DNA of 64,000 nucleotides, from NCBI GenBank assembly GCA_963714075.1, contig OY970228.1:5753696-5817695 (forward strand), written 5' to 3'. How positions within the stretch are numbered: the first letter of the stretch is position 1; each line of letters begins with the position of its first letter. Shown piece by piece: positions 8,644 through 19,539 of this stretch. This stretch comes from an uncultured Planctomycetaceae bacterium. GTDB lineage: Bacteria; Planctomycetota; Planctomycetia; Planctomycetales; Planctomycetaceae. The translations under genes and the position numbers were made by a program. Below the pieces are notes generated by a model. It was not told the DNA's origin and searched no databases. It saw nothing but the letters and a program-made list of their open reading frames with translations.

Positions 8644-10050
8644 TCAGTTGGTGGCGTACTGCGGGTCGGCCGCGGCGCGGCGCTCGCGGGGAGCAACAGA
8701 CTGCGTCTCGCCGCGCTTGCGCATGACGACCTTAATGCCGTCTCGCGGACGCATCGTGACCGACGGAACCAGCCGAAGTGTTTGGCCGGGAACCAGCTCG
8801 AGCCGGAAGCGCCGGACGATCGCCGTGAGCAAAAGCACGGCCTCCATCATGGCGAAGTTGTTGCCGATGCAAACGCGCGGCCCGTCACCGAACGGAAAAT
8901 ACGCGCAGCGCGGCAACTGTTTCGTCTGCTCCTCGTCCCAGCGGTTCGGTCGGAAGCGATCAGGCTCCGGCCAGAAGCGTGAGTCGCGCTGCACGACCCA
9001 CTGCGCCATCAGAACCTGCGCCCCCTTCTTGATCGGGTAGCCGCCGATCTCGACGTCTTCGGTCGCCTCGCGGCCGAGCGTCCAGGCGGGTGGATACAGG
9101 CGCATCGATTCTTTGATCACATTTTCGGCGAAGTGCAGCGCCGGAACGTCGCCGACGCTCGGCGGACGATCGGCGAGCACGCGATCAAGCTCTGCGTGGA
9201 GTTCGGCCTCGACGTCCGCGTGAGTCGCCAGCAGATAGAAGGTGTACGAAAGCGTGAGCGCGGTGGTTTCGTGGCCGGCGAGAAACAGCGTAAGCAGCTC
9301 GTCTCGAAGCTCCGTATCCGACATCTTGCGTCCCTGTTCGTCCTCAGCGCAGAGAAGCCGCGACAGGAGATCGCTGCGGTCGCCCGGACCGGCGGCGCGG
9401 CGCTCGCCGATCATCTTGAACATCAATGCATCAAGGGCGCCCAGTGTTCGTCGAAACCGCAAGTTCGTCGGTGTGGGGACATGTCGCCACTTGGGCCACA
9501 TCGAGAGCGGATTGGCGTAAAACAGCATCGCCGCTTCGAGCGTCTTGCCGATGCTTCCTTCTTCATCGTCCACTTCGACGTCGAAGAGCGTCTTGGTGAC
9601 GATCTGCGAAGTCAACCGCATCATGTCGGTGTGAACGTTGCGCGTCTCGCCGGGCTTCCAACTTGCGATCATTCGCTCGGTGTGGGCAACCATGGTCGCG
9701 GCGTATTGCTGGATTTGCCGCGCTTGAAACGCGGGCTGGGCCATCGCTCGCGCCCGCCGCCATTCTTCCCCCTCGCTCGACAAGAGCCCGTTGCCCAGCA
9801 AGGGGCGCAGGGCCTCCATGTAAAAATCCTTTTTGAAGACCCGGTGCTTATGCCGCAGAATCTCTTCGATCTGATCGGGATGGTTGAACATGTAGACCGG
9901 CATCCCGAACCCCGGAAGCAACACCACGTCCCCGTACTGGCGGGCCATCCGCGTCATGTAAGCCAGCGGATCGCGACAATAATCGATAAATCGCAACGGA
10001 GCGACAAATCGTCCCGAGGGCCCAGGCGGGAGCTGTGTTGGCGTCATCAC
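8644..10050 (-). CDS. cytochrome P450
   Basis: 468 aa; heme-binding signature FPFGDGPRVCIGNNFA and ..AGHETT.. I-helix motif. Confidence 0.85.
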   Translation of the reverse strand: MMTPTQLPPGPSGRFVAPLRFIDYCRDPLAYMTRMARQYGDVVLLPGFGMPVYMFNHPDQIEEILRHKHRVFKKDFYMEALRPLLGNGLLSSEGEEWRRARAMAQPAFQARQIQQYAATMVAHTERMIASWKPGETRNVHTDMMRLTSQIVTKTLFDVEVDDEEGSIGKTLEAAMLFYANPLSMWPKWRHVPTPTNLRFRRTLGALDALMFKMIGERRAAGPGDRSDLLSRLLCAEDEQGRKMSDTELRDELLTLFLAGHETTALTLSYTFYLLATHADVEAELHAELDRVLADRPPSVGDVPALHFAENVIKESMRLYPPAWTLGREATEDVEIGGYPIKKGAQVLMAQWVVQRDSRFWPEPDRFRPNRWDEEQTKQLPRCAYFPFGDGPRVCIGNNFAMMEAVLLLTAIVRRFRLELVPGQTLRLVPSVTMRPRDGIKVVMRKRGETQSVAPRERRAAADPQYATN

Positions 10051-10056
10051 GTCGCC

Positions 10057-10686
10057 TCAATTCATCGATTTCAACATGAGCTCGATATCGTCGTCCGCGG
10101 TCGAAGTTGCCGGCGTCTGATAATAGAGCGCGATCGGCCCTTTGTCGGTAACGAGATTCTCGATGCTGACAACGCGTACTTCCTTGTGGTCCTCCACGCG
10201 ATAAGACGTCGCGACGACGACTTTCTCAGGCTGGCCTTGGATTTGGACCTCGCGCGTTTCGGTGTCTTTCCAGCGCTCCGTCTCGAACTGCGGGAAGTAC
10301 TGCTGGAGGGCCGACTGGAGCACCTGGTTGGGGCGATTGCTGCGATCGTGCGCCCATTCAGGCAGGCAACGGGTGATGGCCAGGCAGGACGGGTCGGCGC
10401 TTTCCTTGTAAGGCGTATAGACAACCATCGTCATCACATCGGGCCGCGTCACCATCAGCTTGGGCCACAATCGAGCGGGGACCTCGATTTTCAACAGATG
10501 CTTTGTTTCGGCCGCGATGACTTTGTCATCAGAGGTCGTCTTGTCGCCGTAGCGGTAGAAATAGAATGCACCGCCAATCGATGCCGCCACGATCAGCGCG
10601 ATTACGACCGCCGCCTGAAGCACCTTCTTTCGGACCATTGCCGTCGCCGGACGGCTGCTCGGTTCGCCGGTAGCGAGTGGGGACAT
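10057..10686 (-). CDS. hypothetical single-pass membrane protein (co-directional, 6 nt upstream of P450)
   Basis: ORF 10057..10728; start guessed at MSPLATG.. (alt. MVRKKVLQAAVVIALIVAASIGGAFYFY = one TM helix); no recognisable domain. Confidence 0.4.
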   Translation of the reverse strand: MSPLATGEPSSRPATAMVRKKVLQAAVVIALIVAASIGGAFYFYRYGDKTTSDDKVIAAETKHLLKIEVPARLWPKLMVTRPDVMTMVVYTPYKESADPSCLAITRCLPEWAHDRSNRPNQVLQSALQQYFPQFETERWKDTETREVQIQGQPEKVVVATSYRVEDHKEVRVVSIENLVTDKGPIALYYQTPATSTADDDIELMLKSMN

Positions 10687-11160
10687 GGAAAATCGAGCCC
10701 CGACTTGATTTGCGTCTCGAAAACCCACGGCGAAGGAAGCGCTGATCGCCGGCGGAGTGCAGAATGCACGCTGTTCAGAGTCTACGCAGTGCCTTCTGCT
10801 CGAACAATCGTCGCGCCCGCGCCACGGGCGATCAACACCCGGGCCTGGGCGCGCCCGCGAATCAATCCGCTATGCCGGCATAATCTGCCGATTTGCCCGC
10901 GCGTTTGGCGTCACGTCCGGCAAAGTACGCCGATTTCGCTGCTCTTGACGGTAGAAGCCGGTCGATTTATTCTGAAGTGAGACATCAACATGCGTTGAAG
11001 TGTTCGCACTCGACGCGGTGTGCTGTCGACCTCCCGCCTGGGACTGCCCGCCTTTTTTGTGCCGCCTGAAAGTTTCGACCAACACGCCGTCGCCGCCGCG
11101 CTTTCCGACGAGCTGCCTGCAAACAACTCGATTTGGCATCCTCAGAGGACACAATCTGCG

Positions 11161-12516
11161 ATGCTGACGCTGCTTGGGCCCACCACTCCTTATTGCGACG
11201 GACTCTCGCGCCGCACGTTTTTGAAAATCGGCGGACTGTCGATGAGCGCGGTCGGAGGCGTGGGCCTGCCGACGATCCTGCGGGCCGAATCTGCCAGCAA
11301 GTCGCCCAAGAAGTCGCAGCAAAAGGCGGTGATCAACGTATTCCTCGCGGGCGGCCCTCCGCACCAGGATTTGTGGGAAATCAAAACCGAGGCACCCAAG
11401 GAAATCCGCGGCGAGTTCAGCCCGATTTCGACCAAGGTGCCCGGCATTCAGATCGGCGAATGCTTCCCGCGGATCGCCGCAATGATGGACAAGTTTGCCA
11501 TCATTCGCTCGGTCGTCGGTTGCGTCGATAATCACGACGGCTATCAGTGCATGAGCGGCTGGCCACGGCGCGACAGCGTCTCGATCGGTGGCCGCCCGAG
11601 CATCGGTTCGATCATCGCCAAGGTACAAGGTCCGTACAAACCGTCGATTCCTCCGTTTGTCGCATTAGCCGATACCACCAGTCACAAGGAGTGGTCTGAG
11701 CCAGGGTCGCCCGGCTTCCTGGGAGCCGCGTATCAACCGTTCAAGCCCAACGGGCAGGGGATGGCTGACCTCCGCCTCAACGGCGTCACGCTCGACCGTT
11801 TGCAGGACCGCAAGGCTTTGCTCAGAGGGCTCGACCATCTCAAGCGCTCGGCCGACTCAAGCGGCATGCTGGCCGGGATGGACGCATTCTCTGAGGCGGC
11901 TTTCGGCGTGCTGACTTCCAACAAGCTGGCCGATGCGCTCGACCTCAGCAAAGAAGACCCGCGGATCGTGGCCCGATACGGCGACGGCAAACCATTCAAC
12001 TTCCAATACGACGGGGCGCCGACGGTCAATCACCACTTGCTCATCGCGCGCCGCCTGGTTGAAGCCGGCGTTCGGTGCGTGACGCTGTCCTACGGCCGCT
12101 GGGACAGCCACGGTGATAATTTTGGCCTTGTCCGCGATCACGGTCCGAAGCTCGACCAGGCAGTTACCGCCCTGGTGCAGGATCTCGACGAGCGCGGACT
12201 TTTGGAGACCACCACGGTTGTCGTTTGGGGCGAATTTGGCCGCACGCCGCGGATTAACAAATCCGCCGGCCGCGATCACTGGTCGCGCGTCAGTTGCGCC
12301 CTTCTCGCCGGCGGCGGAATGCGGACCGGTCAGGCGATCGGCGCGACGAATCGTCTGGGCGAATACGCCGTCAGCCGGCCGATCCACCTGCAGCAGATCG
12401 TTTCTACGATCTATACGAATCTCGGGATCGACCCCAATACCACCACGGTGACAGATCCCACGGGTCGACCGCGCTACTTTGTCGACGTCCGCGAGCCGGT
12501 CCAGGAGTTGGTTTGA
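11161..12516 (+). CDS. DUF1501 domain protein (sulfatase-like, Tat signal)
   Basis: Start at internal Met giving Tat-type signal ..SRRTFLKIGGLS..; ..VVVWGEFGRTPRINKSAGRDHW.. is characteristic of DUF1501; no DUF1549/DUF1553 partner nearby. Confidence 0.8.
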   Translation: MLTLLGPTTPYCDGLSRRTFLKIGGLSMSAVGGVGLPTILRAESASKSPKKSQQKAVINVFLAGGPPHQDLWEIKTEAPKEIRGEFSPISTKVPGIQIGECFPRIAAMMDKFAIIRSVVGCVDNHDGYQCMSGWPRRDSVSIGGRPSIGSIIAKVQGPYKPSIPPFVALADTTSHKEWSEPGSPGFLGAAYQPFKPNGQGMADLRLNGVTLDRLQDRKALLRGLDHLKRSADSSGMLAGMDAFSEAAFGVLTSNKLADALDLSKEDPRIVARYGDGKPFNFQYDGAPTVNHHLLIARRLVEAGVRCVTLSYGRWDSHGDNFGLVRDHGPKLDQAVTALVQDLDERGLLETTTVVVWGEFGRTPRINKSAGRDHWSRVSCALLAGGGMRTGQAIGATNRLGEYAVSRPIHLQQIVSTIYTNLGIDPNTTTVTDPTGRPRYFVDVREPVQELV

Positions 12517-12694
12517 GCGACCGGCTCCGGGCTTGAGCTGACGACGCGTTCTTGTGCCGCGCCACGCGTCCGTCCGCGCTGGCGATTCGCCGTCACAAAT
12601 TCCGGACTATAGAATCAGTCCCTTCTCGCCCATGTCGTCTGGCGCCGATCTGCGGATCAGTTCCGCCCCCTAGCCGCATCAAAGAAAGCCGCGC

Positions 12695-14280
12695 GTGAAA
12701 CTGGAATCGACGCCTGGCGGGATGCCGATCGCGACCGCGTCGCACGGAAAATGGATCACGCTCGCAGCGGCCTTTTTGGGCTGGATGTTCGACGGCTTCG
12801 AGATGGGTCTCTTCCCGCTCGTCGGCCGCCCTGCGCTGATCGACCTGTTGGGTGAAGCGGGACAAAAACACGTCGACGTTTGGTTCGGGTTGATGATCGC
12901 CGGTTTTCTCGTCGGCGCGGCGACCGGCGGAGTGCTGTTCGGCTGGCTCGGCGATCGGCTGGGCCGAGTGCGGGCGATGACCCTCTCGATCTTCACGTAC
13001 GCGATTTTCATGGGACTGTGCGGCGTCGCAAAGTCGCCCGAACAGGTGTTTTTCTTCCGTTTCATCTCGTCACTCGGAATGGGCGGTGAGTGGTCGCTCG
13101 GCGTGGCGCTTGTGATGGAGGTCTGGCCCGACCAATCGCGCGGACTGATGGCCGGACTCATCGGCGCGGCCTCAAACGTCGGTTTCTTGGCGATCGCCGC
13201 CATCGGACTGGTGTTGAACCAATTCCTCGGACTGACGCAGCACACGCTGCTCGACGTCGGCCTCTCGCCCCACTGGGTCGATAAACTTGTCGCGCATTCG
13301 GGCTGGCGGCTGATGATGCTGATCGGCGCGGTGCCAGCTCTACTGACGTTCTTCATCCAGCTGTTCGTGCCCGAGTCGAAGCGCTGGCAGCACGAAAAAC
13401 GCCAGGGCTCGACGGCTCACTGGGCCAGCCGCGATCTGCTCGCGGTGATTGCCGGCACGGCGGGACCGCTGGTGATGATTTTTCTGTGGGTTCCGGACAG
13501 CTCTTATTCCCTGGGAGTCCGGATCGGCGGATCGGTGGCCGGCGTGGGACTGGCGGTGGTCGGATTCATCTTCCCGGTCTTCCGCTACCTGAGCCGCGCG
13601 GGGGCCGCTTCTGCCAGAGCCGTCCTGCCCGTCGGTCCGATGTTGCGACGCATGCTGCTGGGCGCCTGCCTGAGCGGCGTGGCGCTGGTCGGGACGTGGG
13701 CGTCGGTGCAGTTGCGCCAAGTTGGGCGTCGAAGCTGGTCGAGGCTCGGAACGCGAGTGAAGATCCGCGGGCTCAACCGGAGGGCATCACTCCGGCTTCC
13801 GCCAGCGCGCGGACGCAGATTATTTCCGGACTCGGCGCAATCCTCGGAACGATGGCAGGCGCGCTGTTGTGCAACGCGATCGGCCGGCGTCCGACCTATG
13901 CCTTGTTGTGCCTCGGATCGCTCGCCGTTTCGCTGATATTTTATCTGGGAAATACCGAATTCGGCTGGCCCCTGCTGGTTGGCATGTTCTTCGTCGGCGG
14001 ACTGACGGCATCGTTTTACGGCTGGCTCCCGCTCTATTTGCCGGAACTCTTTCCGACACGCGTGCGGGCGACGGGGCAGGGCTTTAGTTTTAACTTTGGT
14101 CGCATCCTGGCGGCGATTGGGGCCTTGCAGTCAGGCAATTTGATGAGCCTGAGTCAGTTCGGCTCCACGAAGGTGCTCTCGCACGCCCACGCCTGCGCGA
14201 CGATGAGCCTGGTCTACGTGATCGGAATGGGGCTGATTTGGCTGGCGCCGGAAACCCGCGGCAAGCCCCTGCCGGAATAA
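12695..14280 (+). CDS. MFS transporter, reading frame interrupted by a 1-nt indel near 13712-13725
   Basis: ORF 12695..13936 (N-terminal TM helices) and ORF 13486..14280 (C-terminal TM helices, ..WPLLVGMFFVGGLTASFYGWLPLYLPELFPTRVRATG..) are halves of one ~528-aa MFS protein in frames differing by +1; junction fits ..GTWASVQLAPSWASKLVE.. if one G is restored. Confidence 0.7.
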
Positions 14281-14296
14281 AAACAAGTCACAGCGC

Positions 14297-15721
14297 TCAG
14301 TTCGCGCCACCCGACTTCCAGAGATGATCGCTGTCACCCCAGCGGGAGGTGACGACTTTGCGGCGTGTGTAGAAGTCGATCGCGTCTTTGCCTTGAGCGT
14401 GGAGGTCGCCGAAGAACGAACCCTTCCACCCACAGAAGGGGAAGAAAGCCATCGGCGCCGGTACGCCCAGGTTGATCCCGAGCATGCCGGCTTCGATTCG
14501 CTTGCGGAAGACCCGCGCTGCTCCGCCGCTCGTGGTGTACAGGCTGGCGGAATTGCCGAACGGGCTGGCGTTCACACGCTCGATCGCTTCGTCGAGGCTT
14601 TTCACACGCAGGATGGTGACGACCGGGCCGAAGATCTCTTCGCGGGCGATGGCCATCTCCGGCACCACTTCGTCGAAGATCGTCGGACCGACGAAGTACC
14701 CGTCGGGGTAAGCAGCGACCTCCGCTTTGCGGCCGTCGAGCCGCAGCCTGGCTCCTGCTTGCAGTCCGGCATCGACGTAACCGTGCACGCGATCCTTGGC
14801 CTGGGCCGTGATAACAGGTCCCATCTTCGTGGACGGATCGATCCCCGGACCCAGCTTGAGCCGGGCGGCCGCCGCGCAAAGCGATTCGGTCAGCGACTCG
14901 GCGATGTTCCCCACCGCGAACACATTCGAGCCCGCCAGGCAGCGCTGGCCCGCACACCCGAAAGCCGACGTCAGAATCGAATCGACCGTGGCCTTCAAAT
15001 CGGCGTCCGGCATTACGACCAAGGCGTTCTTTGCGCCTCCCAGAGCCTGGACTCGTTTCTCGCGGGCGGCTGCTGTGGCGTAGACGTGCTTGGCAACGGG
15101 GCTCGACCCGACGACCGAAACGGCCGCAACGCCCGGATGAACAAGCAGTTGTTCCGCAGTGTTCGCCGTGCCGTGCACGACGTTGAGCGTACCCGGAGGC
15201 GCGCCGCACTCCGCAAAAAGTTCGGCCAGCCGGACCGCGGCCAGGGGCGCCCGGTCGGAAGGTTTCAGCACAAACGTATTTCCGCAAGCGACCGCCACCG
15301 GAATCATCCAGAGGGGCACCATCACCGGAAAATTGAACGGCGTGAATCCGGCGGCGACCCCCATCGGCTGGCGAAGCATTTCGCAGTCGATACCGCGGGC
15401 GACGTCCTCTGCAACTGTCCCCAAAATGTGGGCGGGAATTCCGGTGGCGAATTCCACCACTTCGATCCCGCGCTGCACCTCTCCTTGCGCCTCGGCGATC
15501 GTCTTGCCATTGTCGAGGACAACCAACTCGACCAGCGAGTCACGCGCCTCCTCGAGTTTTTGCTTGAAGCGAAACAGGACCCGGGCCCGCTCCAAGACGG
15601 GTGTTTCACTCCACGTCGCAAAGGCCTCACGCGCGCTGGCGACCGCGTCGTTGACCTCGTCGGCGGGGGAGAGGGGGAGATCGGCGAGCGCTTCACCTGT
15701 CGCCGGATTCGTGATCGGCAT
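14297..15721 (-). CDS. mmsA: methylmalonate-semialdehyde dehydrogenase (CoA-acylating)-like aldehyde dehydrogenase
   Basis: ORF 14297..16150 overextends; start at MPITNPATGE.. (~474 aa); catalytic Cys context ..FGCAGQRCLAGS.. and ..VHGTANTAE.. typical of MMSDH/ALDH family. Confidence 0.8.
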   Translation of the reverse strand: MPITNPATGEALADLPLSPADEVNDAVASAREAFATWSETPVLERARVLFRFKQKLEEARDSLVELVVLDNGKTIAEAQGEVQRGIEVVEFATGIPAHILGTVAEDVARGIDCEMLRQPMGVAAGFTPFNFPVMVPLWMIPVAVACGNTFVLKPSDRAPLAAVRLAELFAECGAPPGTLNVVHGTANTAEQLLVHPGVAAVSVVGSSPVAKHVYATAAAREKRVQALGGAKNALVVMPDADLKATVDSILTSAFGCAGQRCLAGSNVFAVGNIAESLTESLCAAAARLKLGPGIDPSTKMGPVITAQAKDRVHGYVDAGLQAGARLRLDGRKAEVAAYPDGYFVGPTIFDEVVPEMAIAREEIFGPVVTILRVKSLDEAIERVNASPFGNSASLYTTSGGAARVFRKRIEAGMLGINLGVPAPMAFFPFCGWKGSFFGDLHAQGKDAIDFYTRRKVVTSRWGDSDHLWKSGGAN

Positions 15722-15894
15722 CTGGGCCGTCGCACGCGACGGACGACGCTTTCCCGCGATGAAATTGGGACAATCGCGAACCACCCGACACTCCCGAAAT
15801 TCGCAGGGCGAGAAACCCGAAGGAGTTAACAGCATACCAGATCGCCCATGGACGCGCGCCGCATCATGCTTGCGGGGCGAGCCCGACTTATTGT

Positions 15895-16350
15895 TCAAGC
15901 CAGGTCGAGTTCGTGCGTTGCTGACGAATCGGCTTCGCAGCGGAGAAACCCGAGACGCTCGTAAAATCGGGCCGCGTGCGGGTCGTTCGTGCGCAATCGC
16001 AGGCGATCGAAAGAATGTCGCGCCGCCACGATCACCTCGTGGACCAGGCGGCTGCCGATTCCCTGGTGGCGATGTGCGGCCGAAACGTACAGGTGTCGCA
16101 CGCGCCCGACGCGTGGCGACGGTGAGTAAGGATCGACATTCAGACCGCAAACACCGAGCAGCCGCGCTTCGTCGATCGCCGTAAAGAAGGCCTCACCAAA
16201 CTGATCGAATCGGTTCGCGCCGGAATGCCAATCGTCTTGGAGCCGTCGGACGAAACAGAGCCCGCCCCGCTCGCTCTCGGCCACTAGGTCCGCTAGTTGA
16301 CCCGGCGACAGCGACGCGAGCTCTCGCACTCGAACGATGGACGGCCCCAC
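15895..16350 (-). CDS. GNAT family N-acetyltransferase
   Basis: No internal ATG; GTG start inferred at 16350 to avoid overlap with upstream gene; ..RHQGIGSRLVHEVIVAARHSFDRLRLRTNDPHAARFYERLGF.. is the GNAT motif A/B region. Confidence 0.55.
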   Translation of the reverse strand: MGPSIVRVRELASLSPGQLADLVAESERGGLCFVRRLQDDWHSGANRFDQFGEAFFTAIDEARLLGVCGLNVDPYSPSPRVGRVRHLYVSAAHRHQGIGSRLVHEVIVAARHSFDRLRLRTNDPHAARFYERLGFLRCEADSSATHELDLA

Positions 16351-16432
16351 GCCTCGGTTCCGATTCGAAGCAGCAGGCGGCCCCGCTGTGACCCGCAGGG
16401 CCGCCGCCTGTTCGAACGATTCTCGCAAACTC

Positions 16433-17179
16433 TTACTGGAACACGCCCGTGGCGTACCAGACGCTGCCGTTGGTCTGCATGTCGACGCCATAGCGCGACC
16501 AAGGCGTAATCGCGGCTCCCCAATGTGGCGCCGAGCTACGCCAGAGGTTCACGAGGTCCACCGCCACGTCGGCGATGTTGGCGTTCGACATCCAGGACTG
16601 GGCGACGATCTCAAAGCTGCCCGGGAACGACCCGGAGTGGTACATCGAGTTGGAACTGGCTTGGTTCAGCGAGTGGCGGTCGGCGTGGTCCATCATAGTC
16701 GGATCTGCCATCCCGTTTGTGCAGGGGGGCCGCTCCTGATGCGTGCGGAAGGCCCAGGTCAGGGTCCGCTGCGTAAGCGATCCCGCCGGAAGGTCGAGCA
16801 GGGCCCCGACGTAGTAGGCCGCCGCGTACCGTTGGGGTAGCACGCTAACGGTCTCGCGGAAATGGGCCTTGTTGTGCAAATCAACCACCGCGATGCCGGC
16901 CTGCTTTTGCAGACAGGTGAAAGCGGGGGCATCGATCAACCGGACCTGCTTGCCGTCGATCTTGAGGCTGTAATCGACCGGAACGCGGCAAATTACGTAG
17001 CGTTCGAGACTCTTGGCATCGACCGTCTTGAAGTCGAAGTTGGTCCCGAAATCGACCAGCAGCATCTTCCCCGATTTGCGGGCTTCGACGAACGCCGGAT
17101 AGTACTCCGTGTGGAGTTTTTGACCCGGCACCGGCAACAACATTGCGAACCAAAGTGCGAAGTTGACAATCGCAGTCAT
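16433..17179 (-). CDS. hypothetical secreted protein
   Basis: Start at MTAIVNFALWFAMLLPVPG (signal-peptide-like); no domain recognised; my hand coordinates disagree with ORF-track arithmetic by 1 nt here. Confidence 0.4.
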   Translation of the reverse strand: MTAIVNFALWFAMLLPVPGQKLHTEYYPAFVEARKSGKMLLVDFGTNFDFKTVDAKSLERYVICRVPVDYSLKIDGKQVRLIDAPAFTCLQKQAGIAVVDLHNKAHFRETVSVLPQRYAAAYYVGALLDLPAGSLTQRTLTWAFRTHQERPPCTNGMADPTMMDHADRHSLNQASSNSMYHSGSFPGSFEIVAQSWMSNANIADVAVDLVNLWRSSAPHWGAAITPWSRYGVDMQTNGSVWYATGVFQ

Positions 17180-17397
17180 GGCGTTTCTTCCTCCAGTCGT
17201 TGAAGAGGGGTCGCACAATGAACTGCGATATGGCAACAAGCTGGGAAGGCAGAATCAACTTTGATGGCGCATAGTTACAGAATTTTAAGACTGACATCTG
17301 TCCATCTCAAAACGTATCCACGAATCAATATGTGCACATATGTCGTGTCGGTGAGCCCAATCGGTGAGATGCTCGCGCTTGCAGTCGGTGGCCTGCC

Positions 17398-19326
17398 TTA
17401 AGGGGTGAGATTCTGCTTGAGGAATAAGGCGATCGCCGCGTTGAGATAGTCGCGATTGGCTTTCTTCTGAAAGCCATGGCCTTCGTTGTTCGCGTAGATG
17501 GTCCAGACGGTTTTGCCATTGCCACGGACTTTGGCGACGATTTGCTGGGCCTCGGTGAAGGGGACCCGTGGATCGTTTCGCCCATGTGCGACGAGCAGCG
17601 CGGAATGGATCTTTTGTGCGTTGTTGAGCGGATCGATCCGGGTGAAGAAGGCGCGCATCTTGGGATCGCGCTCGTCGCCGTACTCGGCTCGACGCAGGTC
17701 CTGACGGTAGGCGCTTGTCGTCTTCAGCATCGTGTTAAAGCTGGCGACACCGACAATGTCGACGCCCGCACGAATCCGATCGCTGTAATGCGTGAGCGAA
17801 GCCAGGACCATGTAGCCCCCGTAGGATCCGCCGTAGACGGCCACTCGCTTCGCGTCGAGATCGGGCTGGGCTGCGATCCAATCCAGAAGCGCGCCGATAT
17901 CTCGGACGCTGTCCTCACGCAATTCCGCGTTGTCGAGCTTGAGGTAGGTTTTGCCGTAACCGGACGACCCACGGACATTGGGCGCGATCACCGCCAGCCC
18001 CAGCTCGTTGACGAAGAATTGCTCCATGCCAGTGAAAATTGGCCGAAATTGCCCTTCGGGGCCGCCATGGATGCTGATCAAAACGGCAGCGGGATGTGCC
18101 GGCGAGGCGCCGCGCGGTTTGTAGACGTACGCGGGGATTTCACGACGGTCGAACGACTTGTAGTGGATGGTCGTCGGCGTGACGAACGTCGATGCCGGCA
18201 GGCCGCCGGTTTCGCTGTAAGTCCAGCGAGTTAGTTGGCCGTCCGCCAGTGTCAACGAAAAGACGTCGGAAGGCGCCTCGGGTCGAGCCAGCGTGAACCC
18301 GAGCTTGGTGCTGTCAGGCGAGAATTCGAGACCGGTGATGACGCCGGGCTCCGCGGGCAGCCGCTTGGGCCGATCGTTTTCCAACAGGTACAGAGCACTT
18401 GAACCGTCTTCGTTCACCGTGAAAGCAATCTGGCCGGAATGCGGGTCGACGGCGATCTCTTCGACGTCCCACTTGATTCCGTCGGTGAGCCAGGTGTATC
18501 GCAGTGTTTCCGCATCGACGCGGGCCAGTTGCAAAAACTCGCCACGTGCATCGGTTGAAAGATAAATCGACTTGGAATCGGCCGCGTACTTCATTGGACC
18601 GAACGCATAGGGAGGCTGGCCTTCGCTGGGGATCGGTCGTTTCTCGCCCGTCGCCACTTCGAGAATTGCCGGGTACGATTCGTTGATCGAGACGTAGCGG
18701 CTGATCAAGAGACGATTCATGTCGCCGGACCAGTCCTGCGCGCTCCAGAATTCCCCGCGAGCACGAAGCAGGGGTCGCATGGATCCGGCGGATCGCGGGT
18801 TTGCCGCGAAAAGATCAGTGTCGCGACCGTTTCGTTCGTTGCTGGCGATCACGATTTTGGTTCCGTCGCGGCTCACCGCCTGCACCTGGTTGCGAGAGCG
18901 GCCGTCAGTCAGCCGCGTCGCACGGCCCGTTTGGGGCTCGAACAGGTAGACCTGGTCGCGCTCGCTCCCCCCTTCGCTCATGGCAATCAAAAGGGCGCCG
19001 TCGGTCGCGGCACGAAGCGTGTGCCCGGTGACAGGCTCGTCGAAAAAGGTGATCTGCTCGCGCCGGCCTCCCGGCTCGTAGACGCGATGAAGCTGCATCG
19101 TGTTACCGAACCGCGTGGCGATCACCAGCCCCTTGCCGTCGGGCGCCCAGCCATGAAAGACGGCCGTCCGCGCACTCTGGTACTGCCGCAAGCGGTCCGC
19201 GAGTTCCGCGGGAATGACCGGCACGCTCTGCGTGGCGATGGCCGGCGGCATGAGCGGGTCTGCCTCCTCGGCGTGAGCCGCGCGAACCACGATCAAGGCA
19301 ATCAGCGTCACCACAGCGTGCAACAT
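17398..19326 (-). CDS. S9 family peptidase (prolyl oligopeptidase-type, beta-propeller + alpha/beta hydrolase)
   Basis: 642 aa with signal peptide; catalytic Ser motif VYGGSYGGYM, C-terminal ..HGRNDPRVP..EGHGF.. Asp/His region. Confidence 0.8.
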   Translation of the reverse strand: MLHAVVTLIALIVVRAAHAEEADPLMPPAIATQSVPVIPAELADRLRQYQSARTAVFHGWAPDGKGLVIATRFGNTMQLHRVYEPGGRREQITFFDEPVTGHTLRAATDGALLIAMSEGGSERDQVYLFEPQTGRATRLTDGRSRNQVQAVSRDGTKIVIASNERNGRDTDLFAANPRSAGSMRPLLRARGEFWSAQDWSGDMNRLLISRYVSINESYPAILEVATGEKRPIPSEGQPPYAFGPMKYAADSKSIYLSTDARGEFLQLARVDAETLRYTWLTDGIKWDVEEIAVDPHSGQIAFTVNEDGSSALYLLENDRPKRLPAEPGVITGLEFSPDSTKLGFTLARPEAPSDVFSLTLADGQLTRWTYSETGGLPASTFVTPTTIHYKSFDRREIPAYVYKPRGASPAHPAAVLISIHGGPEGQFRPIFTGMEQFFVNELGLAVIAPNVRGSSGYGKTYLKLDNAELREDSVRDIGALLDWIAAQPDLDAKRVAVYGGSYGGYMVLASLTHYSDRIRAGVDIVGVASFNTMLKTTSAYRQDLRRAEYGDERDPKMRAFFTRIDPLNNAQKIHSALLVAHGRNDPRVPFTEAQQIVAKVRGNGKTVWTIYANNEGHGFQKKANRDYLNAAIALFLKQNLTP

Positions 19327-19539
19327 GAATGGGTCCTCTGGAAGACTAGGTATCTCTCGCCGTTCGTCGGTAAAGCGAACTAAAATCCGCGTTCTCTAAG
19401 TGGCCGGTCCGCGCCGCTTTGCCGCTCTTTGGCCATACAATACAATGTCGGCCCGAAGAACGATGCTGATTCTCGCTCATGACCGTGCCGTTCGCCGCTG
19501 ATTTTAACGGTGCGGCCCGGGCTCGCCAGGAGAACGACG

